Under the pieces are notes generated by a model, which saw only the letters and a program-made list of their open reading frames with translations, did not search any database and had not been told where the DNA came from. From an uncultured delta proteobacterium (GTDB lineage: Bacteria; Desulfobacterota; Binatia; UBA9968): a DNA stretch of 64,000 bases. Both the position numbers and the translations under genes were made by a program. The stretch spans positions 64,001-128,000 of the forward strand of contig CAVWLW010000024.1 of assembly GCA_963755715.1 (NCBI GenBank), read 5' to 3'. Numbering within the stretch: position 1 is the first letter of the stretch; every line of letters starts with the position of its first letter. Of the stretch, positions 11,105-19,269 are shown piece by piece.

Positions 11105-11120
11105 TGGCATATGCTTTGCT
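11105..11120 (+). promoter_or_regulatory. sigma54 (-24/-12) promoter
   Basis: TGGCAT-ATGCT-TTGCT with exact GG-N10-GC spacing, about 95 nt upstream of the ATG at 11216. Confidence 0.75.
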
Positions 11121-11215
11121 GACGAGACATCTGCGTGGACGAACTACTCGAAACTCGCCCGTGATTGTTCAGACCGGCGTCTGCTCACACAGTCGCCAAA
11201 AAATGGAGAAACGTT

Positions 11216-11836
11216 ATGGACACTCAAATGTGGATTGTCATTGTCGCTGTTCTCGTCGGCATTATTATTCTGCTCGGCGGACTGCTTTTTATGCAGAGAC
11301 ACCGTTCGCGGCATCTACAGGAGCGCTTCGGCCCGGAGTATGACCGGACTATACGCAAGTATGGCGATCAAAAAGATGCCGAGGCAGAGCTTTTAGCGCG
11401 CGAGCAGCGGGTCACCAAACTGCATATCGTTCCACTTTCCGCGGCGGACGCAGCCCGGTTCACGGAAGCCTGGCGTTCGGTGCAAAACCGTTTCGTTGAC
11501 GATCCCAAGGAGGCCGTGCAAGACGCTGATCGCCAAGTGCTCGAATTAATGCAACGGCGCGGTTATCCGACCGGCGACTTCGAGCAACGTGCGGCGGATC
11601 TTTCTGTCAGCCATGGCGCAGTGATCGATCATTACCGAGCGGCGCACGCGATCATTCGCGCGGATCAGGGAGGGCGAGCGAGCACAGAGGATCTAAGGAA
11701 GGCAATTGTCCATTATCGCGCGATTTTTGACGAACTGCTCGATACGCACAAATCAGAGACGAAGATTCACCAGACTGAAAAAAAAGGAGGTTGGCAATGG
11801 AAAACAGGGAGAGACATCTTTCGACGGCCGATATAG
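11216..11836 (+). CDS. hypothetical membrane-anchored protein with STEDLR motif
   Basis: N-terminal TM helix, then RFGPEYDR, FVDDP and STEDLR...YRAIFDELL; GGAG RBS. Confidence 0.8.
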   Translation: MDTQMWIVIVAVLVGIIILLGGLLFMQRHRSRHLQERFGPEYDRTIRKYGDQKDAEAELLAREQRVTKLHIVPLSAADAARFTEAWRSVQNRFVDDPKEAVQDADRQVLELMQRRGYPTGDFEQRAADLSVSHGAVIDHYRAAHAIIRADQGGRASTEDLRKAIVHYRAIFDELLDTHKSETKIHQTEKKGGWQWKTGRDIFRRPI

Positions 11837-12234
11837 CAGCGTCTTCTGAGCAACCGGAAGTTCAGCCCGAGCGGGTGGACTCGGCCCATAGGCATGAAGG
11901 GGCGATTGCTTTAGGGGAGGGCAGGCCGAACAGCCGGGAAACGGCGATCTAAGAAATGATCAATCGGTGCCGTTGTTTTCTAATGATTCGATTCAGGGTT
12001 TTCGCTCTCGGTGGACCGCGTTGCAGACTGGTTTTGTCGATGAGCCGCGACGATCCGTCGAGCAGGCGGATGAGCTTGGTCGCCGAGGTAATAAAGGATT
12101 TGGCATCGACTTTTGCCGATGAGCGGACAAAACTGGAACGCCAATGGGATCAGGGAGATAAAGTTTCGACTGAAGACTTGCGCTTAGTGTTGCGTCGTTA
12201 TCGGTCGTTTTTTGATCGGTTTCTTTCGATCTAG
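11797..12234 (+). CDS. hypothetical soluble paralog of the upstream gene, frameshifted
   Basis: AAGGAGG RBS then ATG at 11797; joined frames read ...RSRWTALQTGFVDEPRRSVEQAD-ELVAEVIKDL...STEDLRLVLRRYRSFFDRFLSI. Confidence 0.7.
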
Positions 12235-12422
12235 CCAACGGACGGGGTGTGTCGGCCCGCGAGAGTTGCCTGTAGCGAAAAGCTTCGCTCGGACGGCTTA
12301 TGAATCTCTCAACGAGGTTGAGGCCGAACAGATACTTTGAACGGGATTTTGCCGTCTTTGAGCTGACCATCTTTAACGTGGCGCCGGCGGCGGAAGTGAG
12401 ACGCGCCCAGCCGGTTTAGCTC

Positions 12423-14027
12423 ATGAGAGCCGTGGTCAAAAAATCACTGTTGTCGATCGGCGGCGCAATACTCGTTTTGTTGACGCTTGTCGTCGCCGCC
12501 TCATTCTTACTCGATGAGCCGTTGCGAAAAAGAATGGAGGCGGACTTAAATAATCGATTGAAGGGCTACACCGTCCGGATCGCTCGACTCGATTTTCATC
12601 CTTTTGGTTTTTCCCTGGATCTCGAAGACACAACCATTTTTCAAAACGCTCATCCGGAACCCGCTGTCGCGAAAATCCCCAACCTGACAGCCAGCGTTCA
12701 TTGGAAGGCTCTGCTTTTTGGCAAACTCGTCGCCGATTTTGCGATCGATAATCCCATCGTGCACGTGGATCTCCGGCAATTTACGGAAGAGGCTAAAGAC
12801 GACGTGCCGATGAAAGATCGGGGCTGGCAGGACGCTTTGCAGGCTATCTATCCGCTGAAAATCAATCGATTTACAATTCACAACGGCGATTTGACCTATG
12901 CAGACAAAGGTCCGTTTAAACCGCTGCGGATTACCCGGCTCGATTTCATCGCGGAAAACATTCGCAATGTCGAATCGGCGGAAGGCTCTTACCCGTCGCC
13001 GGTTTGGGTGCAGGGGATCGTGTTCGATACGGGAAAAATAAAAATCGACGGACATGCCGACTTTCTAGCCGAGCCGCATGTGACATTAAAGGGCGGCCTT
13101 CAGCTCCAGCAAATCACGTTGGATTACTTTAAACCAATCACGGAACGCTACCAATTGTCCGTCCAGCAAGGGGTACTCTCCAGCGATGCCATGATCGAAT
13201 ACGCGCGCGAAGGTACGAACATCCAGATCAAGCAACTGACTTTAGACAAATTGGTCGCGGACTACATCCACGTCGCGGCGACCGCCCCGACTGAAAAAAT
13301 CGCCAAGGAAGCGGGGAAAGCCACGAGAGAGCACAGCAACGATCCTACGTTTGAAGTGAAAGTGGATCGTCTGCAGGTCAGAAACAGCCAGCTTGGATAC
13401 GTGAACCGCGCGGCAAAACCCGCTTACCACGTGTTTTTTACCGATGCCAATATAGATATTGAAAATCTCAGCAGTCATCTTAAAGACGGTGTTGCGCGAG
13501 GGCACGCGAGCGGACGATTCATGGGCAGTGGTCCGAGCCGAATCGACGTGGCGTTTCGACCGGAAACGAAGGGCCCGGATTTTAATCTGGCGCTGAGCAT
13601 AGAAGATACCGACATGCGCAAAATGAATAATTTGTTTCGAGCCTATGGCAACTTCGATGTGGTCAATGGAAAGTTTGCTTTCTATTCTGATCTCAAGGTG
13701 CGCCAAGGAAAAATTGACGGCTACGTAAAACCGCTGTTTCACGATATGGACGTCTACGACCATCGGCAGGACCGGGACAAGAGCTTGTTCAGGAAACTTT
13801 ATGAAGGTTTAGTTGGCGGCATCTCTGCGTTGCTGACCAATCGGCCACGCGAGGAGGTAGCGACCAAAATTACGGTTTCCGGAGATATCGAGTCGCCTCA
13901 AACCAGCACCTGGGAAACTGTCGTCCGGCTGATCCAGAACGCATTTTTCCAAGCCATCCTGCCAGGCTTCGATAGAGAAATCGCGCAAGGCAAGAATAAC
14001 CGCAACAGCCGCAGCGCTACGTCCTAA
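12423..14027 (+). CDS. DUF748 / AsmA-like beta-rich envelope protein
   Basis: N-terminal TM anchor, long beta-rich body, C-terminal GYVKPLF...LYEGLVG...ATKITVSGDI...NAFFQAI region typical of DUF748 proteins. Confidence 0.75.
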   Translation: MRAVVKKSLLSIGGAILVLLTLVVAASFLLDEPLRKRMEADLNNRLKGYTVRIARLDFHPFGFSLDLEDTTIFQNAHPEPAVAKIPNLTASVHWKALLFGKLVADFAIDNPIVHVDLRQFTEEAKDDVPMKDRGWQDALQAIYPLKINRFTIHNGDLTYADKGPFKPLRITRLDFIAENIRNVESAEGSYPSPVWVQGIVFDTGKIKIDGHADFLAEPHVTLKGGLQLQQITLDYFKPITERYQLSVQQGVLSSDAMIEYAREGTNIQIKQLTLDKLVADYIHVAATAPTEKIAKEAGKATREHSNDPTFEVKVDRLQVRNSQLGYVNRAAKPAYHVFFTDANIDIENLSSHLKDGVARGHASGRFMGSGPSRIDVAFRPETKGPDFNLALSIEDTDMRKMNNLFRAYGNFDVVNGKFAFYSDLKVRQGKIDGYVKPLFHDMDVYDHRQDRDKSLFRKLYEGLVGGISALLTNRPREEVATKITVSGDIESPQTSTWETVVRLIQNAFFQAILPGFDREIAQGKNNRNSRSATS

Positions 14028-14272
14028 GGCTGGACGGAGTCAATCTTCACTCCTCCTGCGCAATCGGAAAGACCGAGCCTCCGCGAGGACAATTCCAATC
14101 TTTATTCAAGTCTAAATTCTCCTAAACGACTCAGCTCATGTTAGAAATTGTGTAAGTAAAAACCTTTAAGCGATATTTTTGCTGTCAGAATTTTTCTGAT
14201 TTAAAGGCGATCTCGAGTGTGCAGCATGGTGTTAACGGTTGAATTCGCTTGGAAATATATTGCGCAGCCGAA

Positions 14273-14288
14273 TGGCATCTTAGTTGCT
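14273..14288 (+). promoter_or_regulatory. sigma54 (-24/-12) promoter
   Basis: TGGCAT-CTTAG-TTGCT, 30 nt upstream of the BON gene ATG, with an AT-rich region upstream. Confidence 0.75.
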
Positions 14289-14317
14289 CTAGATTAGATT
14301 TTAATCGAGGAGGTAGA

Positions 14318-14713
14318 ATGAAGAGTTTTGTATTTGTTTTGCTTATTACAGTGATGACTGTTGCTTGTTCGCGTGACAAACAAAATCAATCGGCGAACGA
14401 TCGGACCTCAACCAATGTTGCGGCCGATAACAGCGGTCGCAATGCGCGGGATCGTGACGGAGCGACAAAGACCTCTGGAGATCAGTCAGAAAACGAAGCA
14501 GATCGAGCGCTCACTCAAAAAATCAGACAGGCGATCACCTCTGATGACGCGCTGTCGACGAATGGTCAGAACGTAAAGATTATTACGAGCGATGGCAAGG
14601 TGACGCTGCGCGGGCCGGTGAAAAGCGCAAAGGAGAAAGCCGATATCGCGGCGAAAGCCACACAGATTGCCGGAGTCAAACAGGTCGACAACCAATTAGA
14701 AGTTACGAATTAG
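14318..14713 (+). CDS. BON-domain (OsmY-like) lipoprotein
   Basis: GAGGAGG RBS; signal peptide ending TVAC; BON core ITSDGKVTLRGPV...GVKQVDNQLEV. Confidence 0.9.
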   Translation: MKSFVFVLLITVMTVACSRDKQNQSANDRTSTNVAADNSGRNARDRDGATKTSGDQSENEADRALTQKIRQAITSDDALSTNGQNVKIITSDGKVTLRGPVKSAKEKADIAAKATQIAGVKQVDNQLEVTN

Positions 14714-14728
14714 TCAAGGAGGAGTGCC

Positions 14729-15289
14729 ATGTCCAAGGCAGTATTTTGTCTCTGTGATAGCGAAAGCCAGGCGGAAATCATCGTTAACAACCTGAAAAAC
14801 GCGGGGGCGCTGAATAACGATATTTCGGTATTATTTCCTGATAAAGGCGGAACCCGGGATTTCGCCCACGAACAACACACCAAGGCTCCTGAAGGAGCGG
14901 CGGCGGGAGCAGGAGCAGGCGGTACTCTAGGCGGTATCATGGGCTGGCTGGTGGGAGTCGGCTCATTAGCAATCCCAGGCGTAGGGCCGGCCATCGCGGC
15001 CGGCCCGATTATGGCCGCACTGGCTGGGGCGGGTGTGGGGGCTGCGGTCGGCGGGTTTTCTGGGGCGCTGATTGGTCTGGGCATTCCCGAATATGAGGCG
15101 AAACAATACGAAGGTAAAATAAAAGGCGGCAACATTCTCATTTCCGTGCACACGGAAAATAGCCGGGAACGCGATCGCGTTAAAGAAATTTTTGAACGCG
15201 CCGGCGCGCACGACATTGCCTATACCGGGGAAGAAAGTATTTCGGACAAGGACAGGGCTAGGCCCGCGGGTTTTCGCGGCCACGCCTGA
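14729..15289 (+). CDS. glycine-zipper general stress membrane protein (general stress protein 17M / DUF3341-like)
   Basis: DISVL, GAAAGAGAGGTLGG...AIPGVGPAIAAGP...GLGIPEYEAKQYE...GGNILISVH pattern. Confidence 0.8.
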   Translation: MSKAVFCLCDSESQAEIIVNNLKNAGALNNDISVLFPDKGGTRDFAHEQHTKAPEGAAAGAGAGGTLGGIMGWLVGVGSLAIPGVGPAIAAGPIMAALAGAGVGAAVGGFSGALIGLGIPEYEAKQYEGKIKGGNILISVHTENSRERDRVKEIFERAGAHDIAYTGEESISDKDRARPAGFRGHA

Positions 15290-15326
15290 TTGTAATTTAG
15301 GAATGTAAATAAACAAGGAGGGTTCT

Positions 15327-15644
15327 ATGGCAAAGTTTGGGAAAGTTTTAGCAACTATGGTTTTGGTGTTTACGATGGCCGGCTGTCAGGCCATGACCGG
15401 CGAAACCGCCGGGCGTAACGTCGACGATGCGACGATCACGACTTCCGTGAAGACGAAATTGGCCGCCGATAAGGTCTCGAGCCTCACACGGGTTGACGTG
15501 GATACGAACAACGGCGTCGTCTCGCTCAATGGGGTAGTAGACTCGTCCGCGCAGAAGGCTCGCGCGCAGGAACTCGCATCCCAAGTCGGAGGCGTCAGCA
15601 AGGTTGTCAACAATCTTCAAGTGCAAGGAGCTCGCGCCAATTAA
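15327..15644 (+). CDS. BON-domain (OsmY-like) lipoprotein
   Basis: AAGGAGG RBS; lipobox MAGC; DDATITTSVKTKL...VDVDTNNGVVSLNG...GVSKVVNNL. Confidence 0.92.
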   Translation: MAKFGKVLATMVLVFTMAGCQAMTGETAGRNVDDATITTSVKTKLAADKVSSLTRVDVDTNNGVVSLNGVVDSSAQKARAQELASQVGGVSKVVNNLQVQGARAN

Positions 15645-15657
15645 TTATTCTTAGTTG

Positions 15658-15684
15658 GGCGCTGCCGGCGTCGCCGGCAGCGCC
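15658..15684 (+). terminator. GC-rich intra-operon hairpin (terminator or mRNA stabiliser)
   Basis: Perfect inverted repeat ggcgctgccggcg-t-cgccggcagcgcc just after the BON gene stop; no U-tract on the + strand. Confidence 0.5.
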
Positions 15685-15710
15685 TGTGAGGTTATTGGGG
15701 AGGATAAAAT

Positions 15711-15788
15711 ATGCCTGGTAATATCTTTTACATAATCGGTGTGGTGGTAGTTGTTTTATTCATTCTTGGATATCTCGGTTTGCGATAA
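15711..15788 (+). CDS. 25-aa single-TM microprotein MPGNIFYIIGVVVVVLFILGYLGLR
   Basis: Below the ORF-track cutoff; GGGAGGA RBS, ATG...TAA, hydrophobic core, in operon order between the BON and CsbD genes. Confidence 0.75.
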   Translation: MPGNIFYIIGVVVVVLFILGYLGLR

Positions 15789-15823
15789 AATCGTGGCGTA
15801 ATTCTTTAGAAGGAGAAGTTTAC

Positions 15824-16351
15824 ATGAACGAAGATATACTTGAGGGAAACTGGCGGCAATTGCGTGGCAAGCTCAGATCCTGGTGGGGCAATTTAAGTGA
15901 CGACGATTTTGAATGGATCGGCGGTCAAAAGGACCGGCTGATTGGATTGATCCAACAGAAGTATGGCTGTACGCGCGACCAAGCCGAGGAAGAAGTCGAT
16001 CATCGTTTCAGCGAATATCAGGGATTGGGCGACGATGGGCTGAGTGGAATCAAGGCGAAAACGTATGAGTTCGGCGAAACTGCCGCGAATAAAGCTCGTG
16101 GGGCCATTTCAGCGGTAGCGGACAGCGTTGAGACCGCTACTTCCTATCTGCGCGAGAATAAGTTCGAGGCGATGGCAGCCGATTTAAAGGAAGTCATTCG
16201 CAAGTATCCTGTGCAAGCGATAATACTCGGCCTCGGTGTGTTCTATCTGATGTCACGCGGTCGAAGTTATCGTCGGTTAGGCGATGTGTTGACCCGGCGG
16301 CGATCGCGGGATTTCACCGCCGCCCGGCCAGCGATCAAAGATGTGGGCTGA
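15824..16351 (+). CDS. csbD: CsbD-family protein with ElaB/YqjD (DUF883)-like C-terminal membrane tail
   Basis: MNEDILEGNWRQLRGKLRSWWGNLSDDD...GLIQQKYG CsbD signature; C-terminal IRKYPVQAIILGLGVFYLMSR. Confidence 0.85.
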   Translation: MNEDILEGNWRQLRGKLRSWWGNLSDDDFEWIGGQKDRLIGLIQQKYGCTRDQAEEEVDHRFSEYQGLGDDGLSGIKAKTYEFGETAANKARGAISAVADSVETATSYLRENKFEAMAADLKEVIRKYPVQAIILGLGVFYLMSRGRSYRRLGDVLTRRRSRDFTAARPAIKDVG

Positions 16352-16357
16352 CTTCTT

Positions 16358-17071
16358 CTAGCTTTTGGCTGGCTGGCGGCAGTCAATAATTGCTTTCAAC
16401 GGCAGGTGGTCCGAGGCTATTCGGCTCAGCGGTGTTCTAAAGCAGCTCAGTGTCGTCAGGGCGCCGGGCGGAGAAACCCAGATTCGATCGAGCGCAAACA
16501 ACGGGAAGGCCGACGGGAAGGTCCGGATCAGCGCGGTTTTTCCCAGTCGCGTATGGATCCAACGCAGCGAACGACCGGTCGGCATCCATTCATTGAAATC
16601 GCTCATCACGATCACGATTCGACTTCGCTGATTTCCTAGCGCGGCTAAAAGTTTCCCAACTTGGAAACGCCGCTCAGCGCCGCGAAGTCCAAGATGTGTG
16701 ACGATCACACGCACTGTTTCGCCATCCAGATCGAGGTCAGCGTCTATGGCGCCGCGCGGTTCTCGGCGGCGATAAGTGAGATCGATTTTGTTCACCGCCA
16801 GGATCTTGCCGCTAGTTAGCAAAACGTTGCCGTAGTGTCCGTTGCGCCGTTCTACCGATGGGCCGGAAACCGCCTGCAACCCCGTGACCCGTGCTAAATA
16901 GTTCATCTGGTGCAATTCTTCCGCGCCGGTCCCATCCGAGTGAACTTCCTGGAGGCCGATGATCTGAGCGCCGCTGTCTCGGATAACCTGCGCGACCCGC
17001 GTCGGGTCGCGGCGTCGGTCCGAGCCGACGCACTCATGGATATTGTAGGACAGAGCCGTGATCGGTTGCAT
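16358..17071 (-). CDS. endonuclease/exonuclease/phosphatase (EEP) family protein, YbhP-like
   Basis: SYNIH, LQEV, YGNVLL, THLGL, DFNEW, LDRIW and SDHLPL motifs. Confidence 0.92.
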   Translation of the reverse strand: MQPITALSYNIHECVGSDRRRDPTRVAQVIRDSGAQIIGLQEVHSDGTGAEELHQMNYLARVTGLQAVSGPSVERRNGHYGNVLLTSGKILAVNKIDLTYRRREPRGAIDADLDLDGETVRVIVTHLGLRGAERRFQVGKLLAALGNQRSRIVIVMSDFNEWMPTGRSLRWIHTRLGKTALIRTFPSAFPLFALDRIWVSPPGALTTLSCFRTPLSRIASDHLPLKAIIDCRQPAKS

Positions 17072-17205
17072 GTTCGTGCGCTGGATCTGAGAGCATCGTC
17101 AGCGGGCGCGGCCGAATCGGCTCATCGCGGAAGATTCGTGCGCCACGCAGACGAATACGCCGCAGCGTCGATAGAGCACTGCGGTTTGAAGCGAAATTTC
17201 GTCGC

Positions 17206-17289
17206 TTATCTTAGGACTCCGAACAACCAGAGCAAAACAAGAATACTGAGCGGAACTCCTAAAAGCCATAAAATAATACCTGGTACCAT
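17206..17289 (-). CDS. 27-aa single-TM microprotein MVPGIILWLLGVPLSILVLLWLFGVLR
   Basis: Not in the ORF track; AAGGAGGTG RBS immediately upstream; first gene after the minus-strand sigma54 promoter. Confidence 0.78.
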   Translation of the reverse strand: MVPGIILWLLGVPLSILVLLWLFGVLR

Positions 17290-17344
17290 GGTTCACCTCC
17301 TTCTTTTTTCGTCGCGTTTAATTCAGCCGCGCGATGGTAAATTT

Positions 17345-17360
17345 TGCAACCGACATGCCA
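17345..17360 (-). promoter_or_regulatory. sigma54 (-24/-12) promoter
   Basis: Minus strand reads TGGCAT-GTCGG-TTGCA, 56 nt upstream of the microprotein ATG. Confidence 0.75.
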
Positions 17361-17694
17361 CTATGCTTGGCATCACTTAATGCAGCAAATTTCGCAGCTT
17401 GGGTGAACAAGGAAAACCAAACAAGTTCGTAAAGAAGAGAAAATCCTTCGCTCGCACCATTCGTTTCAGGAAGTTTACGGATCTCTTACGCGATGGCAAT
17501 GGCTTATTTAGATGACCAACCAAATCTTGAAGTGTCATGCCGAGGACCAACTGCAACTGTTCCGTCGGGATGGACTCATTGACAAATTCGCCCTGTATCG
17601 GATATTTCAAAAAGGACGGTTAGATGCCGGCGGCGCGCGGATATCGGCAGTGATCGACAAATTACGATTCATTTTTTAAAGGAGGATTCCAACC

Positions 17695-18855
17695 GTGGTG
17701 ATGTTAGGCACAGACATGAAAGTCGCGGAGACCCCCAAAGAGGGTCTCAAAGATTACACTAAGACCGATCCTTACGCAGAATGGCTGCAGAAGGAGGGCG
17801 TCAGAGTTTATAAGAACCACTACTTTCCGAGCTTGGCCAAGATCGAGCTCGGTCCATGGGAGCGAAAGGGAGGAAGTGGAGCGATCGTCCACATCGATAA
17901 CCGTCACATGCCCAACGATTGTCACGTCATCGAGATCAAGCCAGGCGGTAAGTCGGAGCCGGAGCATCACATGTATGAGCTCACGATCTATGTCGTTTCC
18001 GGCCGGGGCGCAACGACCATCTGGCAGGACGAAAAACAAAAGAGTAGCTTCGAGTGGCAGGCCGGCAGCCTGTTTTCAATCCCACTCAACGCGAAGTACC
18101 AAAACTTCAACGGCAGCGGCCAAGAGCCGGCGCGCTATATCGCGGTAACCAACGCGCCGCCGATGATGCGTCTATACCGCGACAATGATTTCATCTTCAA
18201 TTGCAATTACCTGTTTCACAAGCGTTACGCGGGGGAGGAAGATTACTTCAGCGGCAAGGGCAAGCTTTTCAACCGGCGCATATGGGAATCCAACTTCATC
18301 GCCAATGCGCCGGACATGTTGCTCTACGGCTGGAAGGAGCGCGGCGCCGGCGGCATCAACGCGATGCTGGAGATGGCTGAAAATAACACCAAGAGCCACA
18401 TCTCCGAGTTTCCGATCGGCACCTACAAAAAAGCACACCGCCATGGTCCCGGCGCCCATCTCGTGCTACTCAGCGGCACCGGCGGCTACTCGTTGATTTG
18501 GACCAAAGAAGATCGTTCCGACATGATCAAGTGCGATTGGCAATTAGGCTCGATGGTGACCGTGCCCGCCGACAACTGCTATCATCAGCATTTCAATTCT
18601 GGAACGACGCGAGCCCGGTATCTTGCGCTTCGCCCCGGTGACATGGGCCTTTATAAAGGCCGTGGCGGCGGCGGCGAGAATGCCGACCGGAGCATGAAGG
18701 AAGGCGGTTGGCAGATCGAGTACGAGGATGAAGATCGCGAAATTCACGGGATCTTCGAGAAGGAGCTCAAGGCTCATGGGGCGACGTGCAAGATGAAAGC
18801 CTTTGTGCCGTGGTGCACCGGCGAAGTCGGGCCGACGAGCGAGCGCGATACGTAA
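17695..18855 (+). CDS. bicupin (two cupin domains) protein
   Basis: Cupin motifs PEHHMYE...VVSGRG...FEWQAGSLFSIP and AHRHGPG...HQHFN; AAGGAGG RBS. Confidence 0.85.
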   Translation: MVMLGTDMKVAETPKEGLKDYTKTDPYAEWLQKEGVRVYKNHYFPSLAKIELGPWERKGGSGAIVHIDNRHMPNDCHVIEIKPGGKSEPEHHMYELTIYVVSGRGATTIWQDEKQKSSFEWQAGSLFSIPLNAKYQNFNGSGQEPARYIAVTNAPPMMRLYRDNDFIFNCNYLFHKRYAGEEDYFSGKGKLFNRRIWESNFIANAPDMLLYGWKERGAGGINAMLEMAENNTKSHISEFPIGTYKKAHRHGPGAHLVLLSGTGGYSLIWTKEDRSDMIKCDWQLGSMVTVPADNCYHQHFNSGTTRARYLALRPGDMGLYKGRGGGGENADRSMKEGGWQIEYEDEDREIHGIFEKELKAHGATCKMKAFVPWCTGEVGPTSERDT

Positions 18856-18885
18856 GCCGCGCGGCGAGCGCTGATCTCAAACCGT

Positions 18886-19269
18886 TTAGGACTTGCGCGT
18901 TTGCAGGAGTGGTAACGGACGGCTGCGCAAGTGGCCGTCCTCGAAAACCACCAAGCTGCCTTGTTCGAGCAGCTCGGTTAAAGTCGACATATTGGCGAGC
19001 AACAAGGCCGCTTGTTTTTCGGCGCGGCGTGGTGCTTCCCGCCTGAACAAGATCACCGAAGGTTTCACGGCTTGACGCGCCGCGAGTATCGACGCAAAGT
19101 TGGTGTCGGCGGAGACAAGCACGCGGTATTCTTCCGCGGCGCGTGCAAAGACAACTTCATCGTCGGCCTTATGAATGCCGTAACGCCGCACTTGAATCGA
19201 GTCATGCCCGGCGAGCCGCAGTTGCTCTGCGACAAGCGGAGACAAGGAACTGTCGATGAGGAAATTCAC
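18886..19269 (-). CDS. DUF5615 PIN-like toxin (VapC45-like)
   Basis: MNFLIDSSLSP...GHD...DDEVV...VSADTNF...PSVILFR pattern; 4-bp overlap with the upstream DUF433 gene. Confidence 0.85.
   Translation of the reverse strand: MNFLIDSSLSPLVAEQLRLAGHDSIQVRRYGIHKADDEVVFARAAEEYRVLVSADTNFASILAARQAVKPSVILFRREAPRRAEKQAALLLANMSTLTELLEQGSLVVFEDGHLRSRPLPLLQTRKS

Noticed and set aside
17099-17296. 65-aa minus-strand ORF from the track
   Set aside because: Its start lies within the Shine-Dalgarno of the 27-aa ORF, which has proper spacing and a coherent TM sequence.
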